DNA of 64,000 bases from a virus (lineage: Duplodnaviria; Caudoviricetes). Under the pieces are notes generated by a model. The model searched no databases. It had not been told where the DNA came from and was given only the letters and a program-made list of their open reading frames with translations. The stretch lies in IMG/VR virus record IMGVR_UViG_3300031998_000024, positions 32,001 to 96,000 of that record; one strand, written 5' to 3'. The position numbers were made by a program, and so were the translations under genes. Positions 1 through 10,312 of the stretch are shown one piece after another (position 1 is the stretch's first letter; every line of letters begins with the position of its first letter).

Positions 1-1
1 T

Positions 2-1084
2 ATGATGACTCGTTTTAATACTAACGATTCTGGTCCAAGAACAACAAGTATTGAAGCAATGAGAAATCAATTTATAGGAATGGGTGGATTGTACATAGAT
101 GGTTTTAATGCAGATTCAGAAGGGTTAAATCTTTATAATTTAGGATACACTGGAGCGGAATTTGCTCAGCAAGCAGCGAGAAGGATTAAACAGCGTGGGT
201 TTGCTCGTAATGGAGATATGTATAAAAACGCTTTATATGCTGATGCTCTTGAGAGGATTTTATCATTAAACGGAGGTGCGTTAGGTGAATTAAGTCGTTA
301 CGATAGATTTGGTAGAAATGAAGCAAATCAAGATTTTGCTAATTTAGCGTTTACTCTTGCTGGAATGGGTACCATTGGAATGCGTGAAGGCGGTTTTTGG
401 CGTTCTGATGAGTATTTAGGATATATGACTCAATTAACAGGTTCTCAGCGTTCAACATTTTTAACAACCGATAATGCAAGGGCTGGTCGTCAAATAGCAA
501 CTGGTCAATCTATTTTTGGAGATAGATTTGGTCAGGAAGCGATACAAGGTATTCAAGCGATAAATCAACAGGTTCAAAATCCTGGCGGTGGATTTGCAAA
601 AACTCTTTTATATGATGTAATTCAAGAATTACATCCAGATGCTCGTGGTGATATTGCTAAAATAAAGAAATATCAGTATTCCGATGAACCTGGTGTTCAA
701 GATGAAATACAACAAGCGTTTGCTAAAAGAGTTGCTTCAATTTATGGCGATGAGACCACAACTTCAGGATTTCTTGCATTTCAAGAAATTTATGGAATAG
801 AGAATCCAAATGTTCTTAATCCATTAGTTGGTCAAATGGTACGCGGAGGAGGTCTTGAAGCAAAAGGGTTGCAAACAGCTAATGTAGAACAACTTGTTCA
901 AGAATTAAAAAATAGTTACACACCCAAAGTATCAGAACAATTGAATATTGCATCTGACCAAGAAATGCAAAGAATATATAATGAAAGAGAAGACCTTTCA
1001 AAAATTGCTTCTAATTTATATAATCTTTTGAAAGACGATATTTCTATAACATTAAGGGGTGCATTAGAAGTTTTGAAAAAGTAA
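2..1084 (+). CDS. tail tape measure protein, C-terminal part (runs in from window edge)
   Basis: Gly/Ala/Gln-rich helical sequence directly upstream of the baseplate cluster; 5' end truncated. Confidence 0.55.
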   Translation: MMTRFNTNDSGPRTTSIEAMRNQFIGMGGLYIDGFNADSEGLNLYNLGYTGAEFAQQAARRIKQRGFARNGDMYKNALYADALERILSLNGGALGELSRYDRFGRNEANQDFANLAFTLAGMGTIGMREGGFWRSDEYLGYMTQLTGSQRSTFLTTDNARAGRQIATGQSIFGDRFGQEAIQGIQAINQQVQNPGGGFAKTLLYDVIQELHPDARGDIAKIKKYQYSDEPGVQDEIQQAFAKRVASIYGDETTTSGFLAFQEIYGIENPNVLNPLVGQMVRGGGLEAKGLQTANVEQLVQELKNSYTPKVSEQLNIASDQEMQRIYNEREDLSKIASNLYNLLKDDISITLRGALEVLKK

Positions 1085-1085
1085 T

Positions 1086-2378
1086 ATGGAAACATTCAAA
1101 CTGTATCATAATAATCCTAATATAAAGACACTAAGTGAGTTTTGTGAAAAACAAAGGATTTTTTTTGATGACGAAAATTCTCAAGTTGCTGATAAATACA
1201 CTCTTCAGAATTTCTTTGATGATAATAAGCAAAGAATTTTTGAACAGATGGGTATGGTTGAAAGAATCAATTACATTAAAGATAATAATTTGAATAAAAA
1301 GGTTGTTGATTTAGAGCCTGATGATTTGAATATTGATATGACCATACCTTGTCCGATGACTTTGGTTATTCCTAAGCGTTTGGTTACATACACGCTATCT
1401 GTAAAACATAGTACATTTCAAGAACAAGTTTCCGATATTGCGGCATTTGAAGATGCTCATATAAAGAGTGTTTTCAATGAGGATGATTTGAAATTTCTAT
1501 TCGATTACAGAAAAGAAAAGGCTGAGTGTAGTGTAATAGGATTCTTTAAGACAATATATTACAATAAGGTTGAAACTTCATATCGTAACGGATTATATGA
1601 TTCAACTCCTAAATTCAAATCAAATTTCATAGATATATCAAAATTCGTTTATTCATTAACAACAAGCGTTAGTGCTCAAGGAGGTTCTTTTAGTTTTTCG
1701 TTGCCTCATATTCCTATGTATCATAATAAATGGGAATATGATAAAGACATCAATAGCGATATTCTTCTTGATAATAGCGATTTCAATGTTTTTAGTGCAT
1801 CAGATGAACAATATCCTGTTGTTAAATCTTCATTAAAAACAATGGATTATTTCAATTGGTTAATATCGCCAAATGATTTGATTCTTTTGTCATTTGATAA
1901 AATATCTGAAGAGAGTGTAACGGATGATATGATTGGCAGAAATTCATTTGATATGATTGGGTTGGTTGAAAGTGTAAATGTTACAAGAGATTCTCAAGGT
2001 AATGTAACAGTTCAGGTTACTGGTAAAGATTTAATGAAACTTTTAACAGATGACTGTTCTATATTTTTCCCGAATGCTACTGCTGTTAATCAAGGTAATT
2101 TCTTTGATAATACAGAAGGTGCTTTGAATAATGGCGATATAGGTGGCGTCATTTATGTAAACGGCGAAATAGTTAATGATGATGATATGTTAAGAATGCC
2201 GTGTACACATTCTATTAGATTATTTATGGAAGAGTGTAATGGTTTTACGATAGATTATATTTTGAAGGTGGTTATTAGTGAATTAGCCAATATTCAAATT
2301 TGTCCTTCAGAAATATTTTCATCTTGGTTTGATAGAACAACATTCAATTATTTGAAACCTAAACAAGAAAATAGTTAA
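1086..2378 (+). CDS. baseplate hub / tail-associated protein
   Basis: Follows tape measure; hub-like strands (SLTTSVSAQGGSFSFSL, MIGLVESVNV...VTGKDLMKLL). Confidence 0.55.
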   Translation: METFKLYHNNPNIKTLSEFCEKQRIFFDDENSQVADKYTLQNFFDDNKQRIFEQMGMVERINYIKDNNLNKKVVDLEPDDLNIDMTIPCPMTLVIPKRLVTYTLSVKHSTFQEQVSDIAAFEDAHIKSVFNEDDLKFLFDYRKEKAECSVIGFFKTIYYNKVETSYRNGLYDSTPKFKSNFIDISKFVYSLTTSVSAQGGSFSFSLPHIPMYHNKWEYDKDINSDILLDNSDFNVFSASDEQYPVVKSSLKTMDYFNWLISPNDLILLSFDKISEESVTDDMIGRNSFDMIGLVESVNVTRDSQGNVTVQVTGKDLMKLLTDDCSIFFPNATAVNQGNFFDNTEGALNNGDIGGVIYVNGEIVNDDDMLRMPCTHSIRLFMEECNGFTIDYILKVVISELANIQICPSEIFSSWFDRTTFNYLKPKQENS

Positions 2379-2380
2379 GT

Positions 2381-4240
2381 ATGAAAACACCGATTATAAA
2401 AAGAGGTTGGTTAGGTGGATTAAATACATTACCTATAAGTTCACCATTTGGACCAAGAAAACAGCCAACCGCTGGTGCGTCAACTAATCATAAGGGAATA
2501 GATATAGCGGTTGGTGTTGGTACATCAATCAAGGCTCCATTTTCGGGTACGCTAATTTGTAAGGGGGTTGATAGCGGTGGTGGATTGTATTGTGTATTAC
2601 GCAGCGGAAATCTTGAATTAAGATTTATGCATTTGTCTCAATGTATATTAGGAGCATCTGCTGGAGCAACTACCGCTGTTGTTGAAGGTACTGTTATAGG
2701 AAAAACTGGAGGTAAGAAGGGTGATAAATATGCTGGTGTTTCAACTGGTCCACATCTTCATTTTGAATATCGTTGGAGTGAAAGTAGGAATTGGAGTTAT
2801 AAAGACGCTTTGAATCCTGCTCGTTTTCTTGCCGATAAACTTGTTAGCAAAAGTGGTAATATTATATCAAACGGATTACCTACTCAATTTGACAAAGTAA
2901 CTGGAGAAGAAATAAGTTATGAAGTTGGCGATACGAGGCCAATGATAATGACGACTTATTCAGTAGCAGAGGCAGTTCAGGATGAGCAATTCAATTCTGC
3001 TTACGAAACGGATGATGATGCTACAGAGGAATATATTGATGACCAACAGCAGGAAATGGATGCCAATGAAGAATATGCTAAGGGTATTTGGCAAATTATT
3101 AAACTTGCTGTTGATGGTAGTGTCGCAGATTTGACTTTATACGATGCTACTGTTTCCACGCAAACTGGTGCTATGATAGGATTTTTTAATAAGGCTTGTC
3201 AGCAACCGCTTGCAGAATTTTCAGGAGATACATTTGGCGATAAATATTTCTTTTTGATTCGCAGACCTCCTTTTGATAGAACAGGAATGTTAAAGGCTTT
3301 AAGTTCTCAAAGATTACTTGACACCGATTTGAATGGATTAGAATCTGAATTAAATGAAATGAAAGATTTTTCTATTAAAATGCAAAATAGTGAAGAATTA
3401 TCGAATAATCAAGATTATTTGAGAAAACTTGAGCGTTGGCGTACTGAATACGGGTTTGGTGATAAATACTTAACAAGAATGAATATCATAGAGAATATAA
3501 TTCCAGATATTCAAAAAAGTCGTGGTATTTATACAATTTTAAGTAATGAAATAGTTAATTCAGACATAAATTTCAATAATCAAAACATATATTCTTGGTA
3601 TCAGTATTATCCTCAATTTGAATGTCCTGGTGATGATATGGAATACATGGTTCCAGCCGTATTTTTTCCTGAATACGCGGCAATTTGGGGTAGTAAGTCT
3701 TTACAACTTCAAAGTCAATATCGTTCAATGCGTGGTAACGGATTTCGTGATGATGTTCAAAATAATGTTTCTAATGAGGTTGCTGATAAAACTTGTTTAT
3801 CTGTTCTTGATGATTTGAAATACATAATTGAAAGTAATGCGTATGCTCCATTTGTTCGTCAAGGTACGCTTACTATAAAGGGTTCAAGACGAATTAAAAG
3901 AGGTACATTTATTCAAGTACAAATTGAAGCGGGTGTTGATGAAATTTTTTATGTAGAATCAGTTAGTCAAAATTATGATTTGAACGGAAATCAGGTTTCA
4001 AGAACAACAACATTGCAATTATCTCACGGAATGGTTAAAAAGTTCGTTGAAAGTTCTAATAAAAAGAATGCTGAAGTATCGTATTTCAACATCATTGATT
4101 TTACTGGTTATGCTAAAAATCGTTCAAGCGTAAATATAACCAATTGGCGTGATGCTATATCAAAATGGAAGGTTAATAGAAATATTTTCAAATTTTTCTT
4201 GCGTCGTCAACAATTTATTTTACCAAATTACGATAAATAA
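2381..4240 (+). CDS. baseplate hub / tail lysin with N-terminal M23 peptidase
   Basis: M23 motifs ISSPFGPR, HKGID (HxxxD), FMHL, STGPHLHFE (HxH); C-terminal hub-like GTLTIKG...FYVESVSQNY. Confidence 0.8.
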   Translation: MKTPIIKRGWLGGLNTLPISSPFGPRKQPTAGASTNHKGIDIAVGVGTSIKAPFSGTLICKGVDSGGGLYCVLRSGNLELRFMHLSQCILGASAGATTAVVEGTVIGKTGGKKGDKYAGVSTGPHLHFEYRWSESRNWSYKDALNPARFLADKLVSKSGNIISNGLPTQFDKVTGEEISYEVGDTRPMIMTTYSVAEAVQDEQFNSAYETDDDATEEYIDDQQQEMDANEEYAKGIWQIIKLAVDGSVADLTLYDATVSTQTGAMIGFFNKACQQPLAEFSGDTFGDKYFFLIRRPPFDRTGMLKALSSQRLLDTDLNGLESELNEMKDFSIKMQNSEELSNNQDYLRKLERWRTEYGFGDKYLTRMNIIENIIPDIQKSRGIYTILSNEIVNSDINFNNQNIYSWYQYYPQFECPGDDMEYMVPAVFFPEYAAIWGSKSLQLQSQYRSMRGNGFRDDVQNNVSNEVADKTCLSVLDDLKYIIESNAYAPFVRQGTLTIKGSRRIKRGTFIQVQIEAGVDEIFYVESVSQNYDLNGNQVSRTTTLQLSHGMVKKFVESSNKKNAEVSYFNIIDFTGYAKNRSSVNITNWRDAISKWKVNRNIFKFFLRRQQFILPNYDK

Positions 4241-4242
4241 TC

Positions 4243-5301
4243 ATGGGTTGGTTTGAAAAAAATTACGGAAATAAAAACGGAGTAGGTACTGGCGGTGTAG
4301 GTTATGTTGTTATACCAGCAAATGTTACCGAAATAGGAAAATATGTTCAGCAATGTTATCGTTCTAATGAGATAACAATATCAGGTGAAGGTTATGGAGT
4401 AATGTCTCATGTTAAGGTTGCTGATGGCGTAATGCCTAAAATTATGTTTCCTAATAACGAAAAAGGAAAGGGAAGTTTAGTTGTTTGGGTTAGAGAATCG
4501 TTTTACAATAGACCCATTGTTGTAGCAACACTTTCTGATAATAATACTCCAACTATTCAAGGTGCTGGTCAACAATCGCAGCGTCAAGATTATATGGGTG
4601 TTTCAACAGAAGTCCTTACTGACGCTGTAAATGCTATTATTCAGATTTACGCTTGCGGTAATGTAAATAGACCTGGTCATGTAGTAATTAAGGCTGCTGG
4701 TAGCGATGAAGATGAGGTAGAAATTCAAGCAGGCAAGAAAATTAAGCATATTAGCAAGGAGTTTAATGTTGAATCTACAGAATCCTTCACTGTAACTATT
4801 CACAATGGGGAGCAACCGATTATAACGATTGAAGGCGATGAAGATAAACTACACTTTGTTGATTATAACGGCAATGAGATTTCTATAAACAATAAAGAGG
4901 ATGAAGAGCAGGATATAAAGAAAAATATAGAAATCAAGGATACATTTGGTCGAAAATTCTTTTTTGACGATGAACAAGCTGAAATAACAGACCAATTTGA
5001 CCATAAGATAGTTTTCAACGAAGATGAGGCTCACTATACTGATAAATTTGATAACGAAGCGATTTTTAATGAAGATAATATTCAATTTAAGTGCGCTAAG
5101 TTTAATGTTGGTGATGGGAATGAGCCTATGGTTTTAGGCGATACTTTGAAGGGGTTGTTGGAAGATTTGATATCAGCGATAAATGCTATAACAGTACCAA
5201 CCGCATATGGACCAAGCGGAATGCCGTTAAATTCTGCTCAATTTACTGCTATAAATAGTAGGTTGAGAACAATGTTGTCTGAATTGTCTAACACAGACTA
5301 A
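4243..5301 (+). CDS. baseplate central spike (gpV/gp5-like)
   Basis: N-terminal OB-like region, beta-helix-type repeats (ITDQFDHKIVFNE / YTDKFDNEAIFNE), C-terminal EPMVLGDTL...TAYGPSG. Confidence 0.6.
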   Translation: MGWFEKNYGNKNGVGTGGVGYVVIPANVTEIGKYVQQCYRSNEITISGEGYGVMSHVKVADGVMPKIMFPNNEKGKGSLVVWVRESFYNRPIVVATLSDNNTPTIQGAGQQSQRQDYMGVSTEVLTDAVNAIIQIYACGNVNRPGHVVIKAAGSDEDEVEIQAGKKIKHISKEFNVESTESFTVTIHNGEQPIITIEGDEDKLHFVDYNGNEISINNKEDEEQDIKKNIEIKDTFGRKFFFDDEQAEITDQFDHKIVFNEDEAHYTDKFDNEAIFNEDNIQFKCAKFNVGDGNEPMVLGDTLKGLLEDLISAINAITVPTAYGPSGMPLNSAQFTAINSRLRTMLSELSNTD

Positions 5302-5336
5302 TTTATCATATATAAGATGTTAAAATAAAATATGGT

Positions 5337-6098
5337 ATGGCTGTTTTACCGAAAAATTATTGGACAAGTCAATTAACCAATGTATCTAAACAGATTGTCG
5401 ATGCTGGTCTTAGTATCGGCAAGGCTGCTTTACATTGTTGGATGCCTGATGATATTGAGTATTATCTTTGTGCATTAGAACTTGTTGATTGTAAAGATGA
5501 AAGGATAGGATTTCTTTCATTTTCAGTTATGCCTGAACAAATTGTTGAAAGTTTTTCGCCAATCCATACAATGATTAAAACTCATAATGGAGTGGTTACA
5601 ACCATAAATGATTCGTTTTCACCAGTAGATATAAACATAACTGGAACATTTGGTCGCAAGTTTAGATTGTTATTGGATTATAAAGACCCTAATAATAGTG
5701 CTTCATTAGGTGCTAAGGCTAATATAACTACTTTGAATTTTGGAGAAATTGCTGGAGTTAGTACGGGTGTTAAAAGCGGTTATGGTATGACAAAAGTTCT
5801 TGAGCATATTTTGAAACACACTACTTCAGTTGATAATAACGGAAAGCCGTTTTATTTGAAGTTTTTCAATTATTCGTTGAACACAGCGTATATTGTTGAT
5901 GTAGTGAATTATAGTTTTTCACAAAGTATGGCTAATAACTGTATGTGGAATTATGCTATATCGTTAAGAGCAGTTGCGCCGTTAAGACATGAGGGTGATA
6001 CATCTAATAAGTTAAAGCGTTTGTTACCGAATGTTGCCGCTAATTCAATTGCTAATGGTATAACAAACATACTTACTGGTATGATGAATTTCTATTAA
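5337..6098 (+). CDS. virion baseplate/tail structural protein
   Basis: Position in baseplate operon; FSVMPEQI...INITGTFG resembles tube-initiator-like proteins. Confidence 0.45.
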   Translation: MAVLPKNYWTSQLTNVSKQIVDAGLSIGKAALHCWMPDDIEYYLCALELVDCKDERIGFLSFSVMPEQIVESFSPIHTMIKTHNGVVTTINDSFSPVDINITGTFGRKFRLLLDYKDPNNSASLGAKANITTLNFGEIAGVSTGVKSGYGMTKVLEHILKHTTSVDNNGKPFYLKFFNYSLNTAYIVDVVNYSFSQSMANNCMWNYAISLRAVAPLRHEGDTSNKLKRLLPNVAANSIANGITNILTGMMNFY

Positions 6099-6110
6099 AA
6101 AGATTGCCGT

Positions 6111-7019
6111 ATGATTTCAGATATTGCTAATAAGTTTCAAGAGATAACGAAATTTAATTTGTATTCGTATTTTGAAGATTACGCAAATTTTATGCGTAAT
6201 CAATATCCAAGCGTGCGTGCATATTTCGCTGGAAATTCTGAATCAATTGATGCGTCTTATATGGATATGCTTAGTTCGCTTTCAAGCCGTAGTGATGATT
6301 TGTTGAAACTTTTTAGCGCGTTTGGTCCCAAATTAAGCAATGTTGGGTATTGGGAATTGCAGATTTATTGCCAGGATTTGAATGATACGATAAAGAAGGT
6401 TGAAAAACTACCTAAATATTTGCGTACATCTAAGACACCAAGAGGTTATAAGCCTTATGTTCAGGTGAATTTTAATGTTGGTGGTTTAAGGGATTTTCGT
6501 GATATTGCAAGTCGTATCAATTCAGACGAAATAACAGAAGAGAGTTTGATTTTGGGGAATGATTTTGAGGAGGAGGATTATGAAATTGATACTTTAACAA
6601 ACGCTATGGCGTTTTATCAGAACAACCGCGATGTAGTTGTTCAAACTATTCTTGAAGAGCCTGTTGATAGTAAGGTTTATGGTAGGGATATAAATAGAGT
6701 GATAAAATTTGTTTATAATGATTTGGATGTTGTTAAGTATGAAGATAATATCACTCAAAAGGTGGAAATACTATGTGAATTAGTTAGGGGTAGTGTTCCC
6801 GAAATGCCTAAATTTGGACGCAAAAACATTAGTGGTAATAATTTCGGGGCATATAATTATCCTGAGTTGGCGAGAGAAATTCAAGGTGTTTTTCTTCAAG
6901 ATGACCTTTTTGATAGCGTTGAGATTGAAAATATACGAATTGAGAATGGCGATGTTTACATCACGCTCAATATTAGAACAAAGTACATTTACACTATAAA
7001 AAAGACATTAGTGATATGA
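6111..7019 (+). CDS. baseplate wedge protein with C-terminal gp25-like domain
   Basis: GSVPEMPKFG...QDDLFDSVEI; immediately upstream of baseplate J. Confidence 0.6.
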   Translation: MISDIANKFQEITKFNLYSYFEDYANFMRNQYPSVRAYFAGNSESIDASYMDMLSSLSSRSDDLLKLFSAFGPKLSNVGYWELQIYCQDLNDTIKKVEKLPKYLRTSKTPRGYKPYVQVNFNVGGLRDFRDIASRINSDEITEESLILGNDFEEEDYEIDTLTNAMAFYQNNRDVVVQTILEEPVDSKVYGRDINRVIKFVYNDLDVVKYEDNITQKVEILCELVRGSVPEMPKFGRKNISGNNFGAYNYPELAREIQGVFLQDDLFDSVEIENIRIENGDVYITLNIRTKYIYTIKKTLVI

Positions 7020-8236
7020 TAACTAAAATTACATCTGTTGATAATTTGAAGCAGATATTTGCTGAGATTCTACTAAATAAAACCGATGAAATCAGCGATA
7101 TTAGCAATGAAAGTGTTTTGAACGGAGTTGCTTATGGATGCGCTAAACTTGCTCAAAGGTTGTTAGTGAATCAAGGTGTTGTAGAAGGTCATTTATTTCC
7201 AGATACAGCATATGGCGAATATCTTGACGAAATAGCGAAATCACGTGGTATAGCACCGCGTTTTACATCGTTTGGTTCTACTACATATGTAAGGGTTCAA
7301 GCCGATAGCGGAACAGTTTATCCAATTGGTACTATGTTTTTATCATCCAATGGTATTCAGTTCGTTTCAACTGAAAATTATACTGTTGGAATTGATGGAT
7401 ACGGATTTATTAAGGTTAATAGTATTCAAACTGGTTCTGCTTCTAATGTTGATGCACTAACAATCAATATGATTTCAGGTACTGCTCCAACTGGACATAT
7501 AGCGTGTACTAATGATTTCGCTGCAACTGGCGGTCGGGATAATGAAAGTGATGACGATTTCCGTATAAGGATAAAGGCTTCAGTAAATCAATTGGCGAGA
7601 AACACAATGTCTTATTTGGAGCAGATTTTTATGAAGATAAATAAGAAGGTTTTGCGTTTACATCGTGGCGGTACTGATGAGAATGGTAGAATAACACTTA
7701 TTGTCGTTTCAGTTAATGGTCAGGATTTTACTCAAGCTGAATTTGATGAAATTTTATCTCAGGCTGAAGAGTTCTTATCATTAAATGAAATAACGCGTGA
7801 AACAGTTAGCGGATTTCCGATTAAGTTGGTTAATCCTGATTGGTATCCAGTTGATATAGATTTCCGTTGCGATGTTGACCCAGCGTATGACCAATCTATG
7901 GTGCGTAGAAATATGCAACTTGCTGTTTCAAAATTATTTGATTATCGTTATTGGGGTGTAAATGAAAAAGTTGAGTGGGAAAATATTTTGTATGCTATAA
8001 GAAATGCTGACGGAGTTCGTTATGTTGCTGATGCTTACTTTTTACCGCAGGGTGATATCAATATGACTAATTTCCGTTTACCGCGTGTAAGAGGTTTTGT
8101 TGTTAGGGATTTAGACGGAGGTGTTTTATACGATAATCATAATTATAGTGTAATTGGAAGATTTACTTATACAGATTATTTCTTTCCAAACACGCCTGAT
8201 TTGAATTTTCAACAATCTGTAATCAGTAGTATATGA
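7016..8236 (+). CDS. baseplate J-like protein
   Basis: TAYGEYLDEIA..RGI.R and ATGGRDNESDDDFRIRI signatures. Confidence 0.9.
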   Translation: MITKITSVDNLKQIFAEILLNKTDEISDISNESVLNGVAYGCAKLAQRLLVNQGVVEGHLFPDTAYGEYLDEIAKSRGIAPRFTSFGSTTYVRVQADSGTVYPIGTMFLSSNGIQFVSTENYTVGIDGYGFIKVNSIQTGSASNVDALTINMISGTAPTGHIACTNDFAATGGRDNESDDDFRIRIKASVNQLARNTMSYLEQIFMKINKKVLRLHRGGTDENGRITLIVVSVNGQDFTQAEFDEILSQAEEFLSLNEITRETVSGFPIKLVNPDWYPVDIDFRCDVDPAYDQSMVRRNMQLAVSKLFDYRYWGVNEKVEWENILYAIRNADGVRYVADAYFLPQGDINMTNFRLPRVRGFVVRDLDGGVLYDNHNYSVIGRFTYTDYFFPNTPDLNFQQSVISSI

Positions 8237-8598
8237 GTGAGAGATATTGTCCAATAGTGGAAAATGAAAAAATGTCTGCTGAAGATGCTCCAGCACCAGT
8301 TGGAACACCTTGTACTATTGTATTAAAATCAGCATATGATGATGATGGGATTAAGATAAAGCCGACTATAATGGAGGCTGAAATTATCGGTATAGAAGCA
8401 CCCGTTGATACATCGTCAGGAGTTTATTATAACGGAGTTCTTGGTGGTCAAGGTGACTTGATGATATTCCATAACGACGATGCTGGAGATAATACAGCAA
8501 AAATGAACAACGATGGTGAGTTAGAAATATCTACTATTAATGATGAATCATCAAGATACAGTAAAGATGGCTTAGATTTGATTTATGATGGAGAATAG
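8233..8598 (+). CDS. hypothetical virion protein
   Basis: Translationally coupled within baseplate operon. Confidence 0.5.
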   Translation: MSERYCPIVENEKMSAEDAPAPVGTPCTIVLKSAYDDDGIKIKPTIMEAEIIGIEAPVDTSSGVYYNGVLGGQGDLMIFHNDDAGDNTAKMNNDGELEISTINDESSRYSKDGLDLIYDGE

Positions 8599-10300
8599 TA
8601 ATTACTTATATGACGACAGGGATTCTTTAATCCTTCAAATGCGCCCTAATAATAGAGGCAGTTATACAATCAATTCAATAGAATTTACATTTGATGGTTT
8701 TGCTGGCGATGTAAATATTGATATTTATTTCGGCTGTCTTGAAAACGGAATAATTGAATCAGATTGGGAATATGTAGGAACAGCATCAGCCGATTCCTAT
8801 ACTGTTAATACAGCGTATGATGTTCCCCGTTCAGCAGTTTTTCAGATAAAGTTTGTTCGTATAGGTAATGGCGATGAGATAGAATTTAAGCAAGCGGATA
8901 TTGATGCTACATTCTTTACTACTGCTAAACAAACTCCAACGCTTAATGAGTCGATTTTTGCTAATCTTAATGATGATGTTGAAACCGATATTCTTGAAAA
9001 CAATTTATTCAAAAAGTTATATTTACGCGGCATAGTACCAGATTACATTAAAAGAGCCGCTAATTTATCAAAGAAAGAAGATAAAGATTACATAGCAATG
9101 TTTTCAACTGTTGCTCGTTTCTTTACTTTGATAATAAGATTTTTCAAGCGTTGGGAACATATAATTGATGATGAAGAAATGCTAAAAGAGGTTTTGCGTA
9201 ACAATTCGATTCAGTTCAATGAAACGCAAATAACTCTTGCTGAATTACAGTCGCTTGTTCAGAATCTTTATAACGAGATAGCAAAAAGAGGTACACCTGA
9301 AATTTTCCGCAGAATAGGAGAAACAAGACCTGATGGAACAGTTGTAACAGAAAATGGTGAATTTATGCGTATGATTAATGCTGATGCTGCTACCGAAATT
9401 CTCATGGAGACAATACCTCATCAGGAATTAGGTTGGTGCACAGATAGGTCGTCACCGCTTTATAGGGGTATTCCGAATGATTGTTTGGATTTAGATAAAA
9501 TGAATTATTCAAACAAGAAGTCGCATAAATTTACTAATGCTGATGATTACAATAAAATTCTGAAGTTTGGTAATTACACGCTTGTTGATGATAATACTGT
9601 AAGAGGCGAAGGTCAGGTAATTAGATTCACTAATGAAAGCGGAATTGGTAGGTCAAGTTCATCTTCATCATTTGATAAGATTAGAGATTATGTTATTAAT
9701 GTTGACGCTTGTATGGATTATGAAATTGTCGCTGGAATAAGAGTTGTAAGTACTGGTGGAGTAGGCGAAACAAATAAACTTTACGCTTCAGTTGAAGGAT
9801 TCAATATTAATGGTATAAAGTTACCCGATGCATTTGTTTCATATGATAAATCTACTGTTTTTGAAGATTTCTTTGATGATGGTGTAAAACTGTCTAAGTT
9901 TGTTCCAGGACATTATTATTACATAAGATTTATTATAAGGGCTTATGCTTCTGAGGCTACAACCGATGAAGATGGTAAATTGAATATAGGGTATGGTCAT
10001 CATCTTTGCTTCAATAATGCGTTTGTTCGTTATATTTTACCAACTATAAGGATTGATGGTGGTTCGATAAATGTTTGTAATTATCATATTAGACCCTTAG
10101 TGCGTGGAACAAATATCGGTAAGATAATAGGAGAACAATTTGAAAATTGTTTTAGTCTTGGTTTTGTTCAGGCTTGTAAATTTTTCCATCTTTATTTGCG
10201 TAGTCGTAATAAAACAATGTCGCAAAAGGATGTCGCTGAGTTTATTGACCGATATTTATTAACATATAGCAGTGCAAGTTTATTAACATTCATAGAATAA
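8585..10300 (+). CDS. baseplate wedge protein (gpI-like region)
   Basis: Downstream of baseplate J; LYNEIAKRGT resembles the gpI KGT motif. Confidence 0.5.
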   Translation: MMENSNYLYDDRDSLILQMRPNNRGSYTINSIEFTFDGFAGDVNIDIYFGCLENGIIESDWEYVGTASADSYTVNTAYDVPRSAVFQIKFVRIGNGDEIEFKQADIDATFFTTAKQTPTLNESIFANLNDDVETDILENNLFKKLYLRGIVPDYIKRAANLSKKEDKDYIAMFSTVARFFTLIIRFFKRWEHIIDDEEMLKEVLRNNSIQFNETQITLAELQSLVQNLYNEIAKRGTPEIFRRIGETRPDGTVVTENGEFMRMINADAATEILMETIPHQELGWCTDRSSPLYRGIPNDCLDLDKMNYSNKKSHKFTNADDYNKILKFGNYTLVDDNTVRGEGQVIRFTNESGIGRSSSSSSFDKIRDYVINVDACMDYEIVAGIRVVSTGGVGETNKLYASVEGFNINGIKLPDAFVSYDKSTVFEDFFDDGVKLSKFVPGHYYYIRFIIRAYASEATTDEDGKLNIGYGHHLCFNNAFVRYILPTIRIDGGSINVCNYHIRPLVRGTNIGKIIGEQFENCFSLGFVQACKFFHLYLRSRNKTMSQKDVAEFIDRYLLTYSSASLLTFIE

Positions 10301-10312
10301 AATTTCAAATCA

